NCBI GenBank assembly: GCA_009602735.1
Contig: WELA01002119.1
Coordinates: forward strand, 470,965-527,558
Source: Mesotaenium endlicherianum
Lineage: Eukaryota
Direction of reading: 5' to 3'
Length of the DNA: 56,594 nucleotides
A program made the translations under genes and the position numbers. The notes beneath the pieces are model-generated. The model saw only the letters and a list, made by a program, of their open reading frames with translations. It ran no database searches and was not told where the DNA came from. Numbering within the stretch: position 1 is the stretch's first letter; each line of letters begins with the position of its first letter. Shown here in pieces: positions 25,120-37,230 of this stretch.

Positions 25120-28100
25120 CACGTCACGTACAAACGTACATCAGAGAAAGAGAGGTGAGGAGGAGGAGAGGCGGAGGGTGATGACGATGGGGCTGCTGCT
25201 AGGAGTGGGGTACCTTCCATCTCACAGCTGGGGACCAAACGGACAGCTGGCACGCTGCAGGCCAATGGTTGACGTCGTGCTAACCGGCCAAGACGGCCAC
25301 CTGGCAGGGCTGCCACACCACTTCTTGCCCCTCATGCCGCAGCATGCCGGCGCCCCACCCGAGCTGGCCTGGCCACACCCCCAAACTCCTCCGGCACACT
25401 GCCAGGTGGCCACCACCCCCTTGACCACCAACCCCCCCGCCCCCCCCCGTCCNNNNNCCCGTCCTCACTCCCCCCACCAACCCTGATGCAATCATCCTTC
25501 CTGATGCCACCTGGTCCCCCGCGCCCCTCCTCTTCTTGCGCCCCCCAGAAGAAGGATGGAGGGAGGGAGAGACTTAGAGGGCACTTGCAAACCAAAAAAA
25601 AAACCATTTGACAACAGGTATGAAAGAACGATGCTTGCATGGAGATAAAGTTAGGATTAAATCGCAATGGCGCCAGTAAAGAAATGCTAGTCTAGAAAAC
25701 TAACGCTACCATCCTACTCTTACACTATTAAGGACCTAGCCAACCTTAGGGCGTGACGAATGGCGCCACTAAAAACACAGTGCTAGTGCAGGAGAACTAT
25801 CATCCTGATTATGTTCTGACGGGGACCTTGCTAGCCAGACCTAGCAGCTGCCGCTATGAGCACTCCAGCGCTCCGGCCTTCACCCTACGGGGGGCACCTC
25901 TGGCCTTCGTCACCCTTGCATAATTACCTAGACCTCTACTCTACTCCTCATTCGCCTGACACTGTGCCAGCGACAGGTCCCTACTCTACTCTGGGGGCGA
26001 GGGCCTCCCTAGAGCCAATGGGCGGCGCCTCCGGCTCTTCTCGCCCTTGCTTGACCTCCTACACCTTTCATTAGACCCTATTCTTATTTCCGAAACACTG
26101 TGCCGGCGGCAGGTCTCTACCCTAATGTGGGGGGGAGGGGCCAAAAAGTGGGCCCTCCTAGAGCCGATGGGCGCCTCACCCTTGCTTGACCTCCTAGACC
26201 TGCAATTGACCTCTAAAGAAGTATCTGGCACTGTTATAGCGACAGGTCTACGCTCTACTTTAGTGCGGGAGTGCAGGGGGTGCGGGGGGNNNNNNNNNNN
26301 NNNNNNNNNNNNNNNNNNNNNNNNNNNNNNNNNNNNNNNNNNNNNNNNNNNNNNNNNNNNNNNNNNNNNNNNNNNNNNNNNNNNNNNNNNNNNNNNNNNN
26401 NNNNNNNNNNGGGGGGGAGGGGGGTGGTGCTGGCCCCTGGCGGTGACGCCTCCCTGGCCACTAGCTCTAGCATGCGCCGCCAGAACCATTGAGTCCTGGC
26501 TTTGGATCGATCTAGGTGGGGAAGACATTATGCGGCGGCATGCGTGGCAGGGTGGCCGGAGTGGGGAGGAGAAGAGAGAAGAGAAGGGGAGAGGAGAGGA
26601 ACGGAGTGCACCCACCCAGCCCGCCCCCTGCTTGCTGCGCAGTCTACATGGCAGCAGTCCCCACAGTGTGCCGGGCATGGTCTACCTTTATGCACTCTTT
26701 CAGAATCGTGAACTTGCTAGCTGATTTTCCATCTTCTCTAGCTATCATCTTGCGGGGTCCTGTCTCTGCCTTTCTTCTCTTGCGGCCCCGGGAAGGAGCA
26801 TGCTTCTTCTTCTTCTTCTTCACCTTCCAGCAGACGACGCCGGCAGGCGTGTGCAACACTGGACTCTAGTGGCTGCCTGCGGCTCTCCGCGCCCGCTGTG
26901 GGTGCTGCTGCTGCCTGGGAGGAGAAGGGCGGGGGAGGCGCCAGCTGTACTCGGGCACGGCCGGCAAGGGGTGCCGGGGAGGGGGGAAGGTCACGCAGGG
27001 CAAGCTGCTGTCCCGCGTGGCGAAGGGGGCCTGCACACATTACAGAGGCCAGGCCACGGGCGCCGACAGCTGTCAGGCTCTTGACTGCAGGCTTTCAACC
27101 CCAAGGTGGGCTGGGCTACAACCGGCAGCAGCATGGAGCTCAAAGAGAGTGCTAAGCTTTACTTGGAGAGAAATAGAGAGGCGAGTGTACCTTGGAGGGG
27201 GGCCCTGCCGGAGCTGGCTTCCTGGGGGCCGGCGTGAGGGGGGCAGCAACTCTCTCTGCGACGGCGAGAGCGGCGGAATGGGCAGCGGCCCGGGCGTCCT
27301 GCCACGCACGAAGGGAGATGAAAATGCATGAAGGGAGATGAAAATCAGGGAAGCATGTACAACTGTCAGCCGCGCAGACGTGCATCTCAGGACCGGAGAC
27401 ACTAGAGACATCGAAGGAAAAGGACCAGGGCGGGATGGAGGGGGGTGGGGGGGGCTCACCCGCTTGGCGGCCGCGCTTGTGCCAGGCGAAGGCCCAAATG
27501 TGATGCACGGACAGCTGTTCTCTCTCACGCGGAAACGCGCCTTGCAGGGGGGTCCTGCCACCGCCCGCACCTTGGAGGGCGGTGTGAGGGCGGCCGCGAC
27601 GCCCTTTTCTACAGCCTGCACGGCAGACCTGGCAGCAGCCTTTGCAGTCTGCCACACCACAAGGAACAGAGACCGACGGCGCAGGAGACCTGATCAGCAC
27701 CTAGGCTTGCAACCACCCACTGCTTGCTCACAAGCACGCGCAAGAGGGACGAGTGAAAACACCGTGCCGCCCAGCTGGCGCGCTAAGAGCTCTTCTCACC
27801 TGCCTGGCGGCCCGGGTGGGGGCGGGGGGCGGAGCAGGGGGGCCGAACAAGGCCCCCAGGGGGGGGGTCGCCACGCTGGCGGCGGCCCGCTGGATGCGTG
27901 CAGCCTGCGAGCGGCGCTGCTGCCGGCGGCTGTTCAGCTCTCGCAGGGTCTGGCTCCTGGCCGTCCGGGGTGCGCGCGCGACCCTCTGTGCCGCCTGCAG
28001 TCACATTCACACACGTGATATGGAAGGTCAGAGATATGGCGCTGCAGTGGAGGTCAGGGGGGCAGCTTTGGGCCGGCTTCTCCCTCCACATGCATCGTTG

Positions 28101-30770
28101 TCAACCCTAGTCGTGCACGGCAACGAGCGCATGTCACGCCATGATAAGGGTTGCATGCCACGGGGGATTACCTTGCGGTCGCCAACAGGTGGCAAGAAGC
28201 TGCGGGGAAGAGGGGCCTGGGATGGGTGGAGGTGAAGTGCCTCCTCCGCTCCTGCTCACACCAGCTCACAGAAAGCAGCAGCAGTCAGCATCTCAACGGC
28301 ACAGGGGCAGTAGGTACTAGGCTCTTCCGCAACACAAGTGGGTGTGGATGCATATGAGAAAGGGGCGCGGGGAGTGCCACCTACCAAGGCTGCCGACAGC
28401 GTCCTCAGGCGCCGTTCCTGGGCGTGCAGCACCAGAGGCAGGGAGGCGCTGGGGTTGACCTCCCTGCAGGCATCAAGAGCAGCCTGCAGAGGAAGGCACG
28501 CATACAAGCGCCCGAGAGAGACCAGAACGCGTCAGTCGTCATTCATCGAAAGAATTTCGGATTTGGCCCGGAACGCAACGGGAGCCCAGGTCAGAGTACG
28601 TATGGAGGGAGCTGAGGCAGATGAAGTGGGCACCTCTTTCTGCTGGGGGGCCGGCAACTTCGGGGCCGAAGGGAAGACGGGCCGGGGGTGGGAGGCGGCG
28701 CAGAACACGTCCCTCTCGCCGTCCTGCGGTGCACCACAGCATGGCCCGACACCGCGTGCCCTACATGGTCAGTCCTGGCAAACCCAATCACTGATTCAAG
28801 TGGTGGATGGGTGCGGCAGCCCTCCCCTATTCAAACTGCCTCCTCCCCCTCCTCTCCCTCCTCCCCCTCACCATTTGCCCTTGCCACTCCCACCCTCCTG
28901 TCCGTTTCTTGCGTTTGGAATGTTCTGCGGCATGCACCTCACTGCTTAGGTATTCTACCTTCTGGCAATCCTGTAAGATAGCATATGGAATCAAGCAGCG
29001 CCCCTACTCTTTCTTTCCAGCTGCTTAGGTGTGAAGCTGGAAGAAAAGGGTGGCTGAGTTTGACTTCGTAAAAATGCTAGGGTTGCTACCTTACCAGTCA
29101 ACTATACAAGCACTGTGTATGAATCCAAAGGACAAAACCACAGTGACATATCTCGAGCATAGTACGCCCTAAAATTACTCATGCACGCTATGTTCTCCCA
29201 CTAAAAGACTCTCACTCTGGCAACTAGTCCTCTACGTATCGCATGACTTGCAAGGCACTAGATACTGCATATGTAAGGAGGCAGCCAACGCAGCAAACGT
29301 TCTCAGCACGTCCGCCAAAATGTACGACCCTCCAGTTATGACAATCAGCCCGCTCCAGAAGCCCCATCCTCAGCGCTCAATCCTTCTACCCTTCCTTCTC
29401 CCTTATCTCGGAAGTCACGCAGCTGCGCAGAGCCGTAATGAATCATGCTGCAGATCACACCAGGAACAAGAAAGTTGGAGGCAGACGCATTTACCTGTCT
29501 GGGCCGATAACGAAGGCGCGACCTCACAAAGAGGTCGCCTGAGATTGAAGGCAAGTGTGTTGCTCCTCGCGTCCAGCGGAGGAGCAGGGAGGGCACAGAT
29601 GCCCTCATCAACATTGAAGACGCCACTTCTATGCCAAATATAAAGTAGAAACTGCTCCTAAACTATGCTCTGCGGTAGGATTCTCGAAGAAATTGCAGAA
29701 GTCACCGAAATTGGGCTAGATGCGGCAAGTTAGGGATAACTTTGACCAGTATACACTCTGTAAGTCGTAAGTTGCAGGTAGTAGCAGCGCGCTCTTCACT
29801 CTTGTGTTGCTTTGTGCAGAAACCTAGAAACAAGCAACGAAGTTGATAGAAACTAGGTAACGGCAGTTACGAATCACCAGCACTTCTTGTAAGGTGAGTT
29901 TTTTATTGCTGTTAGCTTCTCTTTCTGTGCAAGTCCGAGTGAAGCCTCTCCTCTTGAAGCGAGGCCAAGCACCAACTACCGGTAAGCCCTGGGCAAAGCT
30001 AGTTGCGCGCCATTGTTGCTAGCTAGTCGACCAGCGGCTGCTCGCCACCTGGCTCTTGGGGAAAGGTTGAGTTTGACCACTAGTGTACATAGACTTTTTA
30101 CGGCCACTGAAGGCCACCGATGTTTCTCGATCCGGAGGCTGTCGGAGGCCGTCAAAGAGTCTAGCCCATTTACGAGTCTACGCAAGTCTACGTGGCTCCT
30201 ACGACCATCCCCACTTTTTTAAAAACAAACAATAAAAAAGCACTCGCCACCTAAAATTTGTAAATATTGGCAAGCGGCCTTTGCAGAGCTGTTGCAGGGC
30301 AACAGTATCCTGCCTCGCGTTATTTCATCAGAAAAAGGAGCAGCCGTGTATGCCTCTCAAGGCGCACGGCACTTGGAAGGCATTTTGTAAGTCGGACCAG
30401 AGTGATTGTGGTTATAATTTGAATCTCGTTATCTACCATTTTGACATTCAAGCACTTGCAAGCTGCATAGAACACTTGCTACAGCAACACTGCTATTTTC
30501 TGCGTTGCATCCCGTCACGCAGTAAAATATCTCATAGATTGGAGACTGACCGTCGGGCGACTTATACCCTTGTTGCTGCCATGGGTCTAATCATCTACGG
30601 AGACCTCATGTCTCAGCCTACGAGGGCGATTGTCCTCTTTTGCAAGTGAGTTCGCAGCCATGGCAGGCCATGGCACCTCATGCCCATTCACGCTATCCAA
30701 CGTCTGTCAAACCTAGTCTTCCTGCACTTTCCTCTCTGGCGTCAAAAACAGTAGGGCGGAAAAGGCATTT
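25120..30770 (+). repeat. Segmental duplication, copy B (paralogous to ~13580-20215)
   Basis: See copy A; includes upstream region and exon 1 of the intact GSTT. Confidence 0.9.
26866..29626 (-). pseudogene. Unrecognised 8-exon gene, copy B; start GTG instead of ATG and a 1-nt deletion in exon 4
   Basis: Exons (minus): 29626-29495, 28723-28634, 28483-28385, 28251-28172 (80 nt vs 81 in copy A, frameshift), 27994-27800, 27648-27460, 27298-27191, 27030-26866. Exon 1 is 132 nt vs 138; the other six match copy A in length. Confidence 0.65.
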
Positions 30771-31225
30771 GGTGCTGCTCCTAAGCTGTTTTGTGAGCAA
30801 GAGCAGGGGGAGAGCCTTTTTTTGGCAACGTGCCTCGCTCGCTGCTTTTGGATGACAAACATACGTGCCAGAAGCATCATCATGGTAGCAATGGTTGTTG
30901 GTCTGTGGTGGCTGCAGACTAATCAATGTTGAAGCAGAATTCCGCCCGGTGAAGTTGAGGGAGGGGGAGCACAGGACGCCAGAATTCAAGGGTATGCTCG
31001 ATGACCCAAGCCTTCCCTCCTTTCTGCGACACCTGTCCTTGCCCTTGCCATGCCCCTATACATCTGTCTGAGTATAGAGCGTATACTTGTCTATGAATCC
31101 CTCCTCATACACGTAGACAGCACCAGTAGCAGATGAGCTGCCAGGCCCCCTGCTCTGCCAATGGGTCTTGGCCAGTCTGCATAGCCCCAACACCTTTGCA
31201 TTGTGCTTGGCCACTTTCTTGCATG

Positions 31226-31260
<35 letters not shown>

Positions 31261-34200
31261 ACGCACACACCAAACAGACAGACATGCATACGCACACGTG
31301 CCCATTCACATGCATGCACACACTTTCACACACTGACGTGCTTATACGCAAGGGACTCGTGTACGGACTCATGTACTCAAAGAGGGGAGGCTGTGGCGGT
31401 GGGGGTGTGGTTGTGCAGCCCTGAGTCCCCTGGGGAAGGTGCCTGTGATTGACGACAGCGGGTTCCGCCTTCAGGAGAGGTGGGTGCTCCTTCTCTTGCG
31501 CTGGACTTTGCGGCTTTGTCGTCTTCTCAGCCTTGTCAATTGGAGGGCTTTGCGAGCCTGCCGTCGTCTATCACAGAAGCTGGTGGCTGCGCAGCCATTG
31601 TACCTAGGGCGTACTATGACACTCCTCAGTCACATTCTGGTCCCTGAAAGTACGTCGGGGCGTGTGCGCGTGGGGCGGTGCACACAGCCATGCCATCTTA
31701 CGCTATCTGGCGACCACGCGCTCCTGCGCTGACACCTGGTGCGTCCTCTCTTTCCCCTCTGCTCTCCCTCCCCCTCTCTGTCTCCAGTCCCCATCCTGGC
31801 CCCTTCTCCTTGATGGGACTCAAGCCTGCCCCCCTAACTCCAGCATGCGCATGCCTCCCTCGCCATTCAATTTCCTCACTCTCTCTAGCTTGAGAGTTGG
31901 CACGTCCAAGGTGCTCTCCTCCCCCTCAGTTGGCCTCGAGTCATGCAAGGCTGGTCAAGGCTTGGTCAAGGCTTGGTCAAGGTGCCATATTTGGCGTCTA
32001 CTCCCCTGGCTCCAGGGAGCCCGAGCTTTCTGGAGCTTCTGCTCCACCCGTCTCACCCGGTGGAGTCAACGCCGGTCAACTGCACTTCCAACCATTTATT
32101 CAGCAAGGCTGGCTGCTCTGTTGACAGTGCTGGCAATGAACATCCGTGTTTCACACGTGAGCGTGCCTGAGCCTGTTGAGTTCAGTTTGGGGCCTCAAGT
32201 ACCGCCCGGATCCCTCAAGGGCTCGCAGGCCCTTCTTTTGTGAGTAAGCATGACGTGGTTGTTGGACAGCCTTGACTTCTCAGAAAGAGCATGTCGGAAA
32301 GGCCCACTGCTCGCGTTCCCACTCTTTCCTCGAGCCCTCTTTCGTTTCCGCACTCAGCAGGGGAAGGGGCGAGCTTTTTGCAAGGACGGGGACACTTGGC
32401 AGGCTCTCAGCTGCTGCTGCTGCCGGTGCCGTAAAGGCAAGGAACTGTGCCTGACCTAACCCGCCATCAGAGCCCGCTTCTGTCTGGCGCATCTACGAAA
32501 CCTGGTGTGCTTTCCACCTCCGGAACCTAACCCTAAATGCTCAAGCCCAACAACACTCAGGCCCCCAAGCCCCCAAGCCCTCAAGCCCTCAAGCTTCCAG
32601 GGCTACAGACGGGCACTCAAGCTGGGGGGCCAGCTGTCCAGGAGGAGGACCCGGAGGGGCAAGCGCAGTACTGGAGGCGCTGCTAATAGTGAGTTTGTCC
32701 TCCTCCTCCTTAGGGCCTGCAGGGGATGATTTTGTGCTTGTGGGGGCGGGGCTTGGCTGGCAGGTACCCGGCGGACAGCGCAGCGAGGGCGCGCGTGGAT
32801 GCTGTGCTCGACTGGCACCACAGCAACCTCCGCATGGGCTCTGGTGCGTCTCTCTCTGTGTGTGTGTGTATGTTTCGCTGTGTTTCTATGTGCGATTGTC
32901 TCTGTTTGTATGTGTGTCTCTGTGTGTGTGTGTATCTCTGTGCGTGTGTCGTGGTGTGTGTCTCCTTGTTTGGTTTGTGTGTGTGTGTGTGTCTGTGTGC
33001 GTGTGTCGTGGTGTGTGTCTCTAGATTTTTGCATATGTGTTTGTTTTTGTGCGTGCGTGCGCGCGTGCGTGTGCGCGTGCGTGCGCAAGCTTCTTGCTCT
33101 TTCTCTTGCCCCGTCTTCGCTGGCGGATCATTTCTGAGTCTATACAGTCACGTGAACGTATGTAAAGATCAAAGATGAAGTCCTGGAGCAGTCAACCACC
33201 AACCCTCTGCCACCCGGAACGGGCTGCTGCTTCCCGAGCTCGCCAGCTGCTGCTAATTCCCACAACTACACCCATTGCCAGCCTCCAAGCCTCGTCGCAA
33301 GCCCTGCACACTTGAATCCTGTTATACATACCTCTCTCACTTCTTTGGACACGCGCAGCTTGTTCCCGGATTTAAGATCTCAATTTTCCGTGAGGGGGAC
33401 GCGGAAAGGGCCCCTTGTTGGTCTGCAGCAGGCCTCGTGTTGCTTACGCAGTTTCTTGCGTGTGCCTGGTTTGCTGCCGGAATGGGGGGTTGGGGGGGTG
33501 GGGGGAGTTTGACGGCGGCGGCAGCGGGCCTGGTGATGAACAGGGTGCTGGCGCCAGCGCTGGGGCTGCCCCTGGACGCGCGCAAGTGCGAGGAGGCGCG
33601 CGCACTGCTCGAGCGCTCGCTCCAGACCATCGACTCCGTGTGGCTGCACCCCGACCGCCCCTTCCTGGCAGGCTTCTCGGCGCCGTCGATTGCCGATCTC
33701 AGCCTCGCGTGCGAAATCATGCAGCTTGAGGTGCGCTCTCCCCCTCCCCCCTCTCCCCCGTCAAACTCGAACACCTGAAAGCCCCTTCCCCCCCCCTCAA
33801 AAAATCTCAATCTTTTTCAACCTCCTGGCCTGTTCTTAAAACCCCCCTGTGTTGTTCCTGTCTCGACGGCTCTGATATTGTGCAACCTTCGGATATGAAC
33901 ATCAAGGTTGAACCCAGGGTGCAGGCACTACCATTAATGTCGTTCCAAGTGGACCTTGGTGTTAGTCTCATCATGCGTCTGATGTAACACGTGCTGAATG
34001 GCCAGGCTGTGTGGGGGACCTCCAGTTGTCACCCTTGCAGGCCTCTGTGCGGAGACGGGTTGGGGGGGGGGGCAGATCAATTTAATTCGAGGGACTGCCT
34101 TGAGGTTTGAGTTGCCTTGAGATTGAGCTGCGTCCTTAGGCTATCAGAGGAATCTTGGGCGTAAGAGACGAGCCTGTCGGTGGAGGGATGTTTAAAGGGA

Positions 34201-34682
34201 CCCGGAAAGGGAGAGGGAGGGACTTGAGACGCGAGGGAAAGCAGCATGCAAATGGGGAGGCTTTCAGCGAGGCGGGGATGGCTGGAAGGAACCACGCACA
34301 CAACCGGCATGGGGGTCTATAGCTGCGTGGGCATGCATGTCTAGGCATTGTCACAAATAAAGTCCAATAAGTTTGAGCAACTTAGGACAGGGGGCTAGCC
34401 ACGCATAGGATGCGCATGCAAGTGCGGGGTATGCAATAGCATTCGGCTTAATGGCGTGTGCCCTGGCTGTGGGTGCACCACAAATTTTGTGCGCAGCTGC
34501 TTGGACCTGAGGAGCGCCAGGCCCTCCTTGAGAGGCACAAGCAGGTGCAACGCTGGCTGACAGCTGTTCAGAAGCTGGCAGCGCCGCACTTTGAAGACGT
34601 GCACGATCTGCTCCGCAGAGCTGCCACACGCGCGCACCAACGCCGCAAGACTCAGCGCGTGGACCCCGCCTCTCGTCTCTGA
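30581..34682 (+). CDS. GSTT: Glutathione S-transferase theta class, 240 aa, C-terminal PTS1 (-SRL)
   Basis: Seven exons in phase: 30581-30645, 30918-30991, 31419-31479, 31688-31738, 32764-32843, 33525-33730, 34497-34682 (723 nt). Motifs: 'MSQPTRA' (catalytic Ser), 'PLGKVPVI', 'ESHAILRYL', 'LDWHHSNLR', 'SIADL'. Confidence 0.93.
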
Positions 34683-35930
34683 GCCGGTTGTCACTCCCCA
34701 AGTGCAACGGCTCGACCAGAGGATGAGCGAGTCAGCCATGTGTCAGCACTTCCCTGTCTTCTTGTTGTTGTTCAATATTGAGATCTGGGAGTATGTAATT
34801 GCTTTTCTAGAGTTGTTCATAAGGTTACTGAAGAGGGGCTAGTTGTGTGACAAGTGTTGGCCCCTCGGCCCGTTGCCGCCTGCCCTGTACATATATACAC
34901 ATATATCGTGTTGCATGCCTCGAGGGTCTTCATATTTCTACTTAATCTTACCATTGTCCAGCTCTGCAAGTCAGGAGGTGATTGCTTGTGCTGCACTGTT
35001 CCAGTGGCAATGAGGCTTTCAAACTACTCCCTTTTGCCCTCACAAAAAGTGTACAATAAGAAGCTTCAAGTGTGCAAGTATAGTAATATGCATTGTTATG
35101 GAGCAGGCACTTCATTTATACCACTTATTTGAAGTTTTCTGTCTCAGTGTTAGAGAATATGTTCATCTTACCTTGCTTTGGCGACAGGTTGTTTACATTG
35201 GCGCCCTCGTGCTTTGGGCCCATGTTACTGCCGCCCTAAATCGCCGGTGGAAATCCTTACATTTTGCGTTATGTGTGGTCAGTCTACACAGGTTATATGA
35301 TGTGTCAACGGAAATAACGTTTTGGGTTTGTCAATTGAAATTTTCACCAGACATGCTACTTCAGAATGTCATTGTAGTGTTGTGGTATCCTTGGCCCCTC
35401 GTCGATTTTATATCTTGTCGCGTATATCAAACATTACTCTCTAGGGAAATTCATTTTTTTTGCACAATGCAGACATCTACCATGTGGTTAATTTAAAATT
35501 TTGAAGGTGCAACCATTTTTAAGGGTCACCGCTCATGGAATAGCTCATATTGACTTCCCTTGTTCAATACATGCACCCCAAAGTGCCTTTTATTAGACAC
35601 TTAACTTATTTTTTAGATAAAAACCGATGGTTTTTATTAAATCTGGAACAGTAAGTTTTAATGGGTAGGCATTTGTATTCCACCCACTTTCTCAAAGTTT
35701 CAGACTGTAATATGAAATAATTTGGGAGATATTCCATTTTTTCTCATCATTGACCACAATGGTAAAAATATTTACAATTACCACTTTGTGCAGCACTCAC
35801 TACAGTTACCACCCCATACTCAATATACATTGGAATGGGCTCAAATTTGGTATGATGATAGGTGACCCTAATTTAAAGACATGGGAGGTAAAAAAAATTG
35901 AATTCCAATAAAAGAGCAGTAAGCTATGTC

Positions 35931-36342
35931 CTCCCAAACTTTGACAGGTGTCCAGCTTCGCATGCTTTAAGCTGGTGCGGCCGCAAAATGCGGCAAACAT
36001 GCTGGAACAGCAAGAATTTTAGTACATGACCTTCATAAGGTTCAAAGTGAAGTACTCACAGAATCTTAGGCTTGTTGGATATGTATTGGATGAGATATGC
36101 AATTTTTTAGACTCAGAAAAATCTGTCGATAACGAGCAAAAGTACAACCTCTAGTGTGACTTTAGCAGTCATGGCAGGTTGTCCAAAGAGTACCATAATG
36201 ATCCAATGGGACTGAAAACTTGTATGTGTACAGAAACTCTTTTACGAACAACCCAAACAAAAAAAATTGGTGTTGAATAAACAGTGAATTACTTATGACC
36301 CCTCAAAGTTGGACATGTGTCCAGCTTCGCACACTTGAAGCT
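35931..36342 (+). repeat. Pair of diverged ~43-bp direct repeats (35931-35973 and ~36300-36342)
   Basis: CAAACTTTGACAGGTGTCCAGCTTCGCATGCTTTAAGCT vs CAAAGTTGGACATGTGTCCAGCTTCGCACACTTGAAGCT. Confidence 0.7.
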
Positions 36343-37230
36343 CCTATGTCCCCAAAAGCCGGAGATTAACATTGACTACTGACCACTTTACATCTGTTGG
36401 TTTCTGAGGTGTAAATATAACTACTGTTAAAGTATCAGATATGAAGGATGATTATTGATTGAGATGTGCAATATCTCAAGTGCTTCAAAAAATGTGCGTT
36501 AGATGTGCATTTTTCAAAACAGTGTCATTATTTCACAACTTCATAGCACTATAATTTCTCACCATTGTTATTAGATACTTTCATTGTTGGTCCTACAACT
36601 CCTGGGCATATTAAAAACTCCTCAGAAGTTGGAAGAGTAAATTTGGTGACATTTAAAAAGAGTTGTGTTGTACCAAAGTAAGAAAAAAATGAACTTTTTC
36701 AAAAGTAATATGGCATTTTGTTGCAGTCTTCAACATTGCATGTACACATTGGAAGGTAAGGTTCTCAGTCTCTCTGTATTGTATTGAATGCATCCTACAC
36801 AGTACATACATAGAGATACCTATTTTGTATTTCAAAGATAGAAGGTGATTTATTGTATTTAAATGAAGATAGGAAACCTTATCTTAGATTGCCTGTATAA
36901 AATCATTCTTACCTACCAGGCTGAGTACATATACCCACTGCACTACCAAAATAGCCCTTTTCATTTGTGTAGCCTTTGCATGTGTAGCTAGATCTTCAAC
37001 TGTCCTTAGAATCCACCATCTGTCACCTCCATCTCGACCCAAAAGCAACATGATCAACTTTTTAGAATGACAATAACCAAGCCAGCACATAATCCTAATC
37101 AAATAAGAGTAGGGGGCAAATTTGCAAAGACTAAGACACTCATACCCCAGAATGTAGCGTGTGGATCTATTGACAGAGGGTCCAGATCTGAGAAGAAGGC
37201 GTAACAGTATAAAAAACTTTCACGAAGTCG

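Noticed and set aside
93..34800. Numerous long overlapping ORFs rich in CV/HT/RE/LP/AS repeats
   Set aside because: Products of high GC and intronic microsatellites or antisense of real exons; no independent coding signal.
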